From the NCBI RefSeq assembly GCF_963921235.1, contig NC_086097.1, forward strand, positions 239,322,001 to 239,386,000: a stretch of 64,000 bases of DNA, written 5' to 3'. The DNA comes from Mobula hypostoma. Lineage: Eukaryota. Below the pieces are notes generated by a model. That model saw nothing but the letters and a program-made list of their open reading frames with translations. It searched no databases and was not told the DNA's origin. Shown piece after piece: positions 12,450-22,510 of the stretch. Made by a program: the position numbers and the translations under genes. The first letter of the stretch is position 1. Each line of letters opens with the position of its first letter.

Positions 12450-15186
12450 CCATAGAAACCATAGAAACTACAGCACAGAAACAGGCCTTTAGGCCCTTCT
12501 TGGCTGTGCCGAACCATTTTCTGCCTAGTCCCACTGACCTGCACACGGACCATATCCCTCCATACACCTCCCATCCATGTATCTGTCCAATTTATTCTTA
12601 AATGTTAAAAAAGAACCCGCATTTACCACCTTGTCTGGCAGCTCATTCCATACTCCGATCACTCTCTGTGTGAAGAAGCCCCCGCTAACGTTCCCTTTAA
12701 ACTTTTCCCCCCTCACCCTAAACCCATGTCCTCTGGTTTTTTTCTCCCCTTGCCTCAGTGGAAAAAGCCTGCTTGCATTCACTCTATCTATACCCATCAT
12801 AATTTTATATACCTCTATCAAATCTCCCCTCATTCTTCTACGCTCCAGGGAATAAAGTCCTAACCTATTCAACCTTTCTCTGTAACTGAGTTTCTCAAGT
12901 CCCGGCAACATCCTTGTAAACCTTCTCTGCACTCTTTCAACCTTATTGATATCCTTCCTGTAATTTGGTGACCAAAACTGAACACAATACTCCAGATTCG
13001 GCCTCACCAATGCCTTATACAACCTCATCATAACATTCCAGCTCTTATACTCAATACTTTGATTAATAAAGGCCAATGTACCAAAAGCTCTCTTTACGAC
13101 CCTAACTACCTGTGACGCCACTTTTAGAGAATTTTGTATCTGTATTCCCAGATCCCTCTGTTCCACTGCACTCCTCAGTGCCTTACCATTAACCCTGTAT
13201 GTTCTACCTTGGTTTGTCCTTCCAACGTGCAATACCTCGCACTTGTCAGTATTAAACTCCATCTGCCATTTTTTAGCCCATTTTTCCAGCTGGTCCAAGT
13301 CCCTCTGCAGGCTCTGAAAACCTTCCTCACTGTCTACTACACCTCCAATCTTTGTATCATCAGCAAACTTGTTGATCCAATTTACCACATTAGCATCCAG
13401 ATCATTGATATAGAGGACAAATAACAATGGACCCAGCACTGATCCCTGTGGCACACCACTAGTCACAGTCCTCCACTCGGAGAAGCAATTCTCTACCACC
13501 ACTCTCTGGCTTCTTCCATTGAGCCAATGTCTAATCCAATTTACCACCTTTCCATGTATACCTAGCAACTGAATTTTCCTGACTAACCTCCCATGCGGGA
13601 CCTTGTCAAAGGCCTTACTGAAATCCATGTAGGCAATATCCACTGCCTTCCCTTCATCCACTTTCCTGGTAACCTTCTCGAAAAACTCCAATAGATTGGA
13701 CAAACATGACCTCCCACGCACAAAGCCATGTTGACTCTCCCTAATAAGTCCCAGTCTATCCAAATGCTTGTAGGTTCTGTCTCTTATTACTCCCTCCAAT
13801 AACTTACCTACTACCGATGTTAAACTTACTGGCCTATAATTTCCCGGATTACTTTTCGATCCTTTTTTAAACAACGGAACAACATGAGCCACTCTCCAAT
13901 CCTCCAGCACCTCACCTGTAGACAGCAACATTTTAAGTATTTCTGCCAGGGCCCCTGCAATTTCAACACTAGTCTCCTTCAAGGTCCGAGGGAACACCCT
14001 GTCAGGTCCCGGGTATTTATCCACTTTAATTTTCCTCAAGACAGCAAGCACCTCCTCCTTTTCGATCTGTACAGTTTCCATGATCTCACTACTTGTTTCC
14101 CTTAATTCCATAGACTTCATGCCAGTTTCCTTAGTAAACACAGACGCAAAAAACCTATTTAAGATCTCCCCCATTTCCTTTGGTTCCGCACATAGCTGAC
14201 CACTCTGATCTTCAAGAGGACCAATTTTATCCCTTACAATCCTTTTGCTCTTAATATACCTGTAAAAGCGCTTTGGATTATCCTTCACTTTGACTGCCAA
14301 GGCAAACTCATGTCTTCTTTTAGCCCTCCTGATTTCTTTCTTAAGTATTTTCTTGCACTTCTTATACTCCTCAAGCACCTTATTTACTCCCTGCTTCCTA
14401 TACACATCATACAACTCCCTCTTCTTCTTTATCAGAGTTGCAATATCCCTTGAGAACCAAGGTTCCTTATTCCTATTCACCTTGCCTTTAATCCTGACAG
14501 GAACATACAAATTCTGCACTCTCAGAATTTCTGCTTTGAAGGCTTCCCACCTACCGATCACATCCATGTCAGAGAACAACCTGTACCAATCCACGCTTTT
14601 TAGATCCTTTCTCATTTCTTCAAATTTGGCCTTCTTCCAGTTAAGAACCTCAACCCTAGGACCAGATCTTTCCTTGTCCATGATCAAGTTGAAACTAATG
14701 GTGTTATGATCACTGGGACCAAAGTGCTCCCCTACACAGACTTCTGTCACTTGTCCTAACTCATTTCCTAACAGGAGATCCAATATTGCATCCCCTCTAG
14801 TTGGTCCCTCTATATATTGGTTTAGAAAACTTTCCTGAACACATTTTACAAACTCTAAACCATCTAGACCCCTAACAGTATGGGAGACCCAATCAATATA
14901 TGGAAAATTAAAATCCCCTACCACCACAACTTTATGTTTCCTGCAGTTGCCTGCTATCTCTCTGCAGATTTGCACTTCCAATTCTCTTTGACTATTGGGC
15001 GGTCTGTAATACAATCCCACTAATGTGGCCATACCTTTCCTGTTTCTCATCTCCACCCATAAGGACTCAGTAGACAAGCCCCCTAATCTGTCCTGCCTGA
15101 GCACTGCTGTAATATTTTCCCTAACAAGCAATGCTACTCCCCCACCTTTCATTCCTCTGCCTCGATCACATCTGAAACATCGGAAC
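12450..15186 (-). mobile_element. Young 5'-truncated CR1 LINE
   Basis: (ccatagaaa)2 tail at 12450; open frame throughout; possible 3-bp TSD aga (12447-49 / 15187-89). Confidence 0.95.
12525..15152 (-). CDS. CR1 ORF2 polyprotein (APE endonuclease lacking its N-terminus, plus reverse transcriptase), 875 aa uninterrupted
   Basis: GGGVALLV, YRPP, GDFNFP, LDL and SDH APE motifs; [28 protein letters not shown] and KFADDTK RT motifs. Confidence 0.95.
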   Translation of the reverse strand: MKGGGVALLVRENITAVLRQDRLGGLSTESLWVEMRNRKGMATLVGLYYRPPNSQRELEVQICREIAGNCRKHKVVVVGDFNFPYIDWVSHTVRGLDGLEFVKCVQESFLNQYIEGPTRGDAILDLLLGNELGQVTEVCVGEHFGPSDHNTISFNLIMDKERSGPRVEVLNWKKAKFEEMRKDLKSVDWYRLFSDMDVIGRWEAFKAEILRVQNLYVPVRIKGKVNRNKEPWFSRDIATLIKKKRELYDVYRKQGVNKVLEEYKKCKKILKKEIRRAKRRHEFALAVKVKDNPKRFYRYIKSKRIVRDKIGPLEDQSGQLCAEPKEMGEILNRFFASVFTKETGMKSMELRETSSEIMETVQIEKEEVLAVLRKIKVDKYPGPDRVFPRTLKETSVEIAGALAEILKMLLSTGEVLEDWRVAHVVPLFKKGSKSNPGNYRPVSLTSVVGKLLEGVIRDRTYKHLDRLGLIRESQHGFVRGRSCLSNLLEFFEKVTRKVDEGKAVDIAYMDFSKAFDKVPHGRLVRKIQLLGIHGKVVNWIRHWLNGRSQRVVVENCFSEWRTVTSGVPQGSVLGPLLFVLYINDLDANVVNWINKFADDTKIGGVVDSEEGFQSLQRDLDQLEKWAKKWQMEFNTDKCEVLHVGRTNQGRTYRVNGKALRSAVEQRDLGIQIQNSLKVASQVVRVVKRAFGTLAFINQSIEYKSWNVMMRLYKALVRPNLEYCVQFWSPNYRKDINKVERVQRRFTRMLPGLEKLSYRERLNRLGLYSLERRRMRGDLIEVYKIMMGIDRVNASRLFPLRQGEKKTRGHGFRVRGEKFKGNVSGGFFTQRVIGVWNELPDKVVNAGSFLTFKNKLDRYMDGRCMEGYGPCAGQWD

Positions 15187-15420
15187 AGATGTCAAGACAG
15201 CAGCAATATTTCATTAGCAGTTTGAAGAGATTCAATTTCTCACCTATGACACTCAAAAACCTCCATAGATATACCGTGGAGAACATTCTGACAGGCTGTA
15301 TCATTATCTGGTATTTTGGGGGCGAGGGGTGGCTACTGCACAGGACCAAAAGAAGCTACAGAAAGTTGTAAAATTAGTCAGCTCCATCTTCAGTACTAGC
15401 CTCCATGGTATCAAAGACAT

Positions 15421-16081
15421 GCAGTAGAACAGAGGGATGTGGGAAGACAGAAACATTAGCCTTTATAAATCAAAGTATTGAGTATAAGAGCTGGAATGTT
15501 ATGATGAGGTTGTATAAGGCATTGGTGAGGCTGAATTTGGAGTATTGTGTGCAGTTTTGGTCACCAAATTACAGGAAGGATATCAATAAGGTTGAAAGAG
15601 TGCAGAGAAGGTTTACAAAGATGTTGCCGGGACTTGAGAAACTGAGTTACAGAGAAAGGTTGAATAGGTTAGGACTTTATTCCCTGGAGCGTAGAAGAAT
15701 GAGGGGAGATTTGATGGAGGTATATAAAATTATGATGGGTTATAGATAGAGTGAATGCAAGCAGGCTTATTCCACTGAGGCTAGGGGAGAAAAAAATACA
15801 GAGGACATGGGTTAAGGGTGAGGGGGGAAAAGTTTAAAGGGAACATTAGTGGGGGCTTCTTCACACAGAGAGTGGTGGGAGTGTGGAATGAGCTGCCAGA
15901 TGAAGTGGTAAATGTGGGCTCACTTTTAACATTTAAGAAAAATTTGGACAGGTACATGGATGGGAGGTGTATGGAAGGATATGGTCTGTGTGCAGGTCAG
16001 TGGGACTAGGCAGAAAAATGGTTCGGCACGGCCAAGAAGGGCCAAATGGCCTGTTTGTGTGCTGTAATGTTCTGTGGCTCT
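15421..16081 (+). mobile_element. CR1 3' end, same subfamily as 12450-15186 but inverted
   Basis: ORFs 15405 and 15818 are nearly identical in protein to the C-terminus of the 875-aa ORF (AFINQSIEYKSWNVMMRLYKALVR..). Confidence 0.93.
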
Positions 16082-16390
16082 ATCTTCAAGAAGCAGTACC
16101 TCAGGAAGGTGACATCCATTATTAAGGACCCCATCGCTCAGGATATGCCCTCTTCTTATTGCTACCATCAGGAAGAAGGTACAGAAGCTTAAAGGCACAC
16201 AGTCTGTAATTCAGGAATAGCTTCTTCCCTTCTGCCATACGATTCCTAAATGGATATTGAACTCATGAGCACCACCTCACTTTTTTATATTATTTATATA
16301 TTTCTGGCTTTGCACTGTTTTTAATCTATTCAATATACATATACTTACTGCAATTGTTACTTGGTTATTTATTTATTTCTTTCTTTCTAT

Positions 16391-16597
16391 AGTGAGAGTA
16401 GGAATGTGATGAGGTAGAGGATAAATGCGTGGTTGAGGGATTGGAGCAGGGGGCAGGGATTCAAGTTTTTGGATCATTGGGACCTCTTTTGGCGCAGGCG
16501 TGACCTGTACAAAAAGGACGGGTTACACTTGAATCCTAGGGGGACCAATATCCTGGCAGGGAGATTAGCGAGGGCTACTGAGGTGACTTTAAACTAG
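16391..16597 (+). pseudogene. CR1 ORF1 C-terminus, SGNH-type esterase domain fragment
   Basis: Manual translation: ..INAWLRDWSRGQGFKFLDHWDLFWRRRDLYKKDGLHLNPRGTNILAGRL..TLN*. DGLHLN is the SGNH block-V motif; one upstream in-frame stop. Confidence 0.85.
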
Positions 16598-19500
16598 AAT
16601 GGTTGGGGGGTGGGAATCAAATTAAAGAGGCTAGGCGAGAGGAGGTTAGTTCACAACAGGGGGATGGGAACCAGTGCAGAGAGACAGAGGGGTGTAAAGT
16701 GAGGGTAGAAGCAAAAAGTAGTAAGGAGAAAAGTAAAAGTGGCAGGCCGACAAATCCAGGGCAAGCATTAAGAAGGGCCACTTTTCAACATAATTGTATA
16801 AGGGCTAAGAGAGTTGTAAAAGAGCGCCTGAAGGCTTTGTGTGTCAATGCAAGGAGCATTCGTAACAAGGTGGATGAATTGAAAGTGCAGATTGTTATTA
16901 ATGATTATGATATAGTTGGGATCGAAGAGACATGGCTCCAGGGTGACCAAGGATGGGAGCTCAACGTTCAGGGATATTCAATATTCAGGAGGGATAGACA
17001 TGAAAGAAGAGGGGGTGGGGTGGTGTTGCTGGTTAAAGAGGAGATTAACGCAATAGAAAGGAAGGACATAAGCAGGGAAGATGTGGAATCGATATGGGTA
17101 GAGCTGCGTAACACTAAGGGGCAGAAAACGCTGGTAGGAGTTGTGTACAGGCCACCTAACAGTAGTAGTGAGGTCGGAGATGGTATTAAACAGGAAATTA
17201 GAAATGTGTGCAATAAAGGAACAGCAGTTATAATGGGTGACTTCAATCTACATGTAGATTGGGTGAACCAAATTGGTAAAGGTGCTGAGGAAGAGGATTT
17301 CTTGGAATGTATGCGGGATGGTTTTTTGAACCAACATGTCGAGAAACCAACTAGAGAGCAGGCTATTCTGGACTGGATTTTGAGCAATGAGGAAGGGTTA
17401 ATTAGCAATCTTGTCGTGAGAGGCCCCTTGGGTAAGAGTGACCATAATATGGTGGAATTCTTCATTAGGATGGAGAGTGACATAGTTAATTCAGAAACAA
17501 AGGGTCTGAACTTAAAGAGGGGTAAATTTGAAGGTATGAGACGTGAATTAGCTAAGATAGACTGGCAAATGACACTTAAATGATTGACGGTGGACATGCA
17601 ATGGCAAGCATTTAAAGATTGCATGGATGAACTACAACAATTGTTCATCCCAGTTTGACAAAAGAATAAATCAAGGAAGGTAGTGCACCCGTGGCTGACA
17701 AGAGAAATTAGGGATAGTATCAATTCCAAAGAAGAAGCATACAAATTAGCCAGAAAAAGTGGATCACCTGAGGACTGGGAGAAATTCAGAGTTCAGCAGA
17801 GGAGGACAAAGGGCTTAATTAGGAAGGGGAAAAAAGATTATGAGAGAAAACTGGCAGGGAACATAAAAACTGACTGTAAAAGCTTTTATAGATATGTAAA
17901 AAGGAAAAGACTGGTAAAGACAAATGTAGGTCCCCTACAGACAAAAACAGGTGAAATGATTATGGGGAGCAAGGGAGAAAGGACATGGCAGACCAATTGA
18001 ATAATTACTTTGGTTCTGTCTTCACTAAGGAGGACATAAATAATCTTCCAGAAATAGTAGGGGACAGAGGGTCCAGTGAGATGGAGGAACTGAGCGAAAT
18101 ACATGTTAGTAGGGAAGTGGTGTTAGGTAAATTGAAGGGATTGAAGGCAGATAAATCCCCAGGGCCAGATGGTCTGCATGCCAGAGTGCTTAAGGGAGTA
18201 GCCCAAGAAATAGTGGATGCATTAGTGATAATTTTTCAAAACTCGTTAGATTCTGGACTAGTTCCTGAGGATTGGAGGGTGGCTAATGTAACCCCACTTT
18301 TTAAAAAAGGAGGGAGAGAGAAACCAGGGAATTATAGACTGGTTAGCCTAACGTCGGTGGTGGGGAAACTGCTAGAGTCAGTTATCAAAGATGTGATAAC
18401 AGCACATTTGGAAAGCGGTGAAATGATCGGACAAAGTCAGCACGGATTTGTGAAAGGAAAATCATGTCTGACGAATCTCATAGATTTTTTTGAGGATGTA
18501 ACTAGTAGAGTGGATAGGGGAGAACCAGTGGATGTGTTATATTTGGATTTTCAAAAGGCTTTTGACAAGGTCCCACACAGGAGATTAGTGTGCAAACTTA
18601 AAGCACACGGTATTGGGGGTAAGGTATTGATGTGGATAGAGAATTGGTTAGCAGACAGGAAGCAAAGAGTGGGAATAAACGGGACCTTTTCAGAATGGCA
18701 GGCGGTGACTAGTGGGGTACCGCAAGGCTCAGTGCTGGGACCCCAGTTGTTTATAATATATATTAATGACTTGGATGAGGGAATTAAATGCAGCATCTCC
18801 AAGTTTGCGGATGACACGAAGCTGGGTGGCAGTGTTAGCTGTGAGGAGGGTGCTAAGAGGATGCAGAGTGACTTGGATAGGTTGGATGAGTGGGCAAATT
18901 CATGGCAGATGCAATTTAATGTGGATAAATATGAAGTTATCCACTTTGGTGGCCAAAAATAGGAAAACAGATTATTATCTGAATGGTGGCCAATTAGGAA
19001 AAGGGGAGGTGCAACGAGACCTGGGTGTCATTATACACCAGTCATTGAAAGTAGGGATGCAGGTACAGCAGACGGTGAAAAAGGCGAATGGTATGCTGGC
19101 ATTTATAGCAAGAGGATTCGAGTACAGGAGCAGGGAGGTACTACTGCAGTTGTACAAGGCCTTGGTGAGACCACACCTGGAGTATTGTGTGCAGTTTTGG
19201 TCCCCTAATCTGAGGAAAGACATCCTTGCCATAGAGGGAGTACAAAGAAGGTTCACCAGATTGATTCCTGGGATGGCAGGACTTTCATATGAAGAAAGAC
19301 TGGATGAACTGGGCTTGTACTCGTTGGAATTTAGAAGATTGAGGGGGGATCTGATTGAAACGTATAAGATCCTAAAGGGATTGGACAGGCTAGATGCAGG
19401 AAGATTGTTCCCGATGTTGGGGAAGTCCAGAACGAGGGGTCACAGTTTGAGGATAAAGGGGAAGCCTTTTGGGACCGAGATTAGGAAAAACTTCTTCACA

Positions 19501-19740
19501 CAGAGAGTGGTGAATCTGTGGAATTCTCTGCCACAGGAAACAGTTGAGGCCAGTTCATTGGCTATATTTAAGAGGGAGTTAGATATGGCCCTTGTGGCTA
19601 CGGGGATCAGAGGGTATGGAGGGAAGGCTGGGGCAGGGTCCTAAGTTGGATGATCAGCCATGATCATAATAAATGGCGGTGCAGGCTTGAAGGGCCGAGT
19701 GGCCTACTCCTGCATCTATTTTCTATGTTTCTATGTTTCT
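16391..19740 (+). mobile_element. CR1 LINE with ORF1 3' end and full ORF2 (several stops and frameshifts)
   Basis: ORF2 pieces 16603 (NARSIRNK, ETWL, GDFN, SDH), 17683, 17985 (FADD) and 18766; (ttctatgt)n tail; 8-bp TSD tttctata at 16384-91 and 19736-43. Confidence 0.95.
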
Positions 19741-20339
19741 ATATTATCATGCATTGTGTTTTACTGCTGCTGGTAAGTTAACAAATTTCATGACACATGC
19801 TGGCGATTAAAAACTTGTTTCAGATAGGGATGGGTTGTATGGGACTCTGCATTTGAGATCACCTTCCCACTTTCATTCACTTTTAAGTAAATTATAAATT
19901 GTTATAAAATCTACTTGTACAATATCAAATTAAGCAAAAATTCTGCAAGTGTACCTATTCGGTGCCTCTCATTTCTATGTGCATTATTCTCTGTCTTGAA
20001 ATGTTTTTTTCTGATGTGGCTTCCATAGCTCATTCTTGGAGGTGGGACAAGTTCCAGATTTCCACTATACTTTGCATGAGACATTGCTTCCTGCATAATC
20101 TTTGTATTCCTGTTCATTCTGATTTGAGATTGTTTTCCTTTATTCCTGACTCATGCACTCTGGTTTCTCTCCGTCTACCCTGTCCTACCTTTTAGTCTTG
20201 AGCACCACAATTTGAACACTCAGCAATGTTTAGCAGAGGGAGAAGCAGGGTTCTGGGGTGGCTGATAGAACTCCTGTCTTACTACTCCATGACCCCAGGC
20301 TCAAATCTAACGTTGAGTGCTATCTATCTGGAGTTCACA

Positions 20340-20600
20340 TGGTACGGTAGCATGGCATATCACGCAATCGCTTTACAGCACCAATGATCACTGATCAGGG
20401 TTCGATTCCGGCCATTGCCTGTAAGGCGTTATTATGTTCTCCCCATGACTGTGTGGGTTTCCTCTGGGTGCTCTGGTTTCCGCCCACATTCCAAAGATGT
20501 ATAATTAGAGTTATGAGTTGTGGACATTCTGTGCTGGTGCTGAAAGTGTGGCGAGACTTGCAGGCTGCCCAGCACAATTCTTGTTGACCTTGTGCAAATG
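20340..20600 (+). mobile_element. V-SINE/HE1-like tRNA-derived SINE
   Basis: B-box ggttcgattcc; V-domain-like gtgggtttcctctgggtgctctggtttccgcccacattccaaaga. Confidence 0.7.
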
Positions 20601-21230
20601 ACACACAGGAGCAGATTTAGGCCATTTACCATATATAACCATAAAACAATTACAGCACAGAAGCAGGCCATCTCGGCCCTTCTAGTCCGTGCCGAACACT
20701 TACTCTCACCTAGTCCCACCAACCTGCACTCAGCCCATAACCCTCCATTCCTTTCCTGTCCATATACCTATCCAATTTAACTTTAAATGATAATATCAAA
20801 CCTGCCTCAACCACTTCTGCTGGAAGCTCCTTCCACACAGCTACCACTCTCTGAGTAAAGAAGTTTCCCCTCATGTTACCCCTAAACTTCTGCCGTTTAA
20901 CTCTCAACCAGCTTTAGCCAGCTGGTCGACCATTTGATTATGGTTGATTTATTCTACCCCTCCCCCAATCCCACTTTCCTGTGTCTTCTTATAACCTTTG
21001 ACACCCTTATGAATCAAGAACTTATCAATCTCCATTTTTAAATATACCCAATGACTTGGCCTGTGCATCTCTCTGTAGCAATGAATTCCACAGATTTACC
21101 GCCCTCTTCCTGAAGAAATTCTTCCTCATCTCTGTTATAAAGTGATGTCCAGGTATTCTGAGGCTGTGACGTTTGATCCAAGACTTCCCCATTATTGGAA
21201 ATATCCTCAGCACATCCACTCTGTCTAGCC
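20600..21230 (-). mobile_element. Two nested CR1 3' ends (about 20628-20908 inside an older copy)
   Basis: ORFs 20710 (NFFTQRVVAVWKELP) and 21025 (HSLRI..RKNFFRKRAVNLWNSL). Confidence 0.85.
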
Positions 21231-21615
21231 TTTTTTTTTAGTGATAAGCTTGACTTGAATCTATTGCATCTCACTGTCAACAGCTCTGGAAATTGTAATA
21301 TCTTCTCTGTAATGGTTCCACTACGTTTAGTCGCAAACCCACATGTGGAAGACAGGAGCTGGAATTCGTTGTCAGAATCTATTTGAGATGCACACCATCG
21401 GGAGGATTTAGTAGTTCATGGGAGTTTATCCTCATTACCAAACACCCGCCCTTGCCCCCCCCCACCTATAACGACTTTAAGGAACCATTTCTGCTGACAA
21501 GAGAAGGGGCAAAGGCAATTTGCTGGTGCCTTAAAAGCAGAAACTTTGAGCAAATGGGGCTCATTAACCATGGTTGGAAGCTCACCTAGGAGTAGGAAAA
21601 CTCTGATCTCAAATC

Positions 21616-21797
21616 CATCCCTCCCCCTCCTGTCTTCTCCTATCATTTCGGATCTCCCCCTCCCCCTCTCAAATCTCTTACTAGCTCTTCCTTCAGTTAG
21701 TCCTGACGAAGGGTCTCAGCCTGAAACATCGACTGTACCTCTTCCTAGAGATGCTGCCTGGCCTGCTGCGTTCACCAGCATTTTTTATGGGTGTTGT
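21616..21797 (+). mobile_element. Penelope-derived pLTR mini-insertion with hammerhead motif
   Basis: 10-bp TSD atctcaaatc (21606-15 / 21798-807); tagtc-CTGACGA-agg..cct-GAAA-catc-gactg at 21698-21735. Confidence 0.75.
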
Positions 21798-22425
21798 ATC
21801 TCAAATCTCCAGTTGCCTGTAGCTATACCCACTCATGGTGAAGGCTTCTGGAGCTGAAAATCTAGAGCTGGAGCCCTAAGCCAGTTCAACATTGAGTCCA
21901 ACACTGAATGGTAACTCCTGTGATGTCACTGGTGCCAAACTGTATCTGTCCCTGTCGTTCCTTTGGATTCATCAACTGCATGGAGAGAGGAAGCCTGCTG
22001 CATGGGCAGCAGAGTTTGCTCTCCCTGTTTTACTGCTTTCACTTGTGAGCAGGCTTGCATATCATGTAGAAAGTTAGGACACAGTATCCACGATCAACCC
22101 GACCAATGGAGGGACTCACTCACTATTCTTTATAACCAGACAAAAGTTTGACAGGTTCTCTAAAGATTTTACCAAACTGCATATGATCATTGGTTGTGGT
22201 AGTTCTTAGTACTGATCAATTTTCAAATGGTAAACCTTCAAATCAATTTCCAAACAGAAAATTTGTGACCTCTCAAAGCAAAACCTTGCTGGGGAGCATT
22301 TAATACACAAGCACCAAAACTTGTGCTAATGTGAATGATCATATTATCTTGGCAAAAATAAATTAATGACAATTATAAAATCAAGAAATTAGTTTTTTTT
22401 GTCCTAGTTGATAGTTCTGAAGATA

Positions 22426-22510
22426 ACACTCAGTGGCCACTGTATTACATACACCTATATGCTTGCTCATTAAGGCAAATATCTAATCAGCTAATTATGT
22501 GGCAGCAACT
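22426..22510 (+). mobile_element. Left end of a Tc1-derived element, truncated at a Gypsy LTR
   Basis: acactcagtggccactgtattacatacacc..gcaaatatctaatcagctaattatgtggcagcaact is the reverse complement of the end at about 29705-29788. Confidence 0.65.

Larger units (their letters stand above)
11990..19820 (+). mobile_element. Rex1/Babar LINE 3' half split into four pieces (about 11990-12449, 15187-15420, 16082-16391, 19744-19820) by three CR1 insertions
   Basis: TPQGSILSPLRYSLYTHD, KFADDTTIVG, KTKELTVDFRK. The first junction rejoins collinearly with the Rex1-like copy at 63140-63230. Confidence 0.85.

Noticed and set aside
16968..17744. 258-aa minus-strand ORF, and similar ones such as 52925..53497 and 14290..14709
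   Set aside because: These are antisense shadows of CR1 ORF2 with no independent domain.
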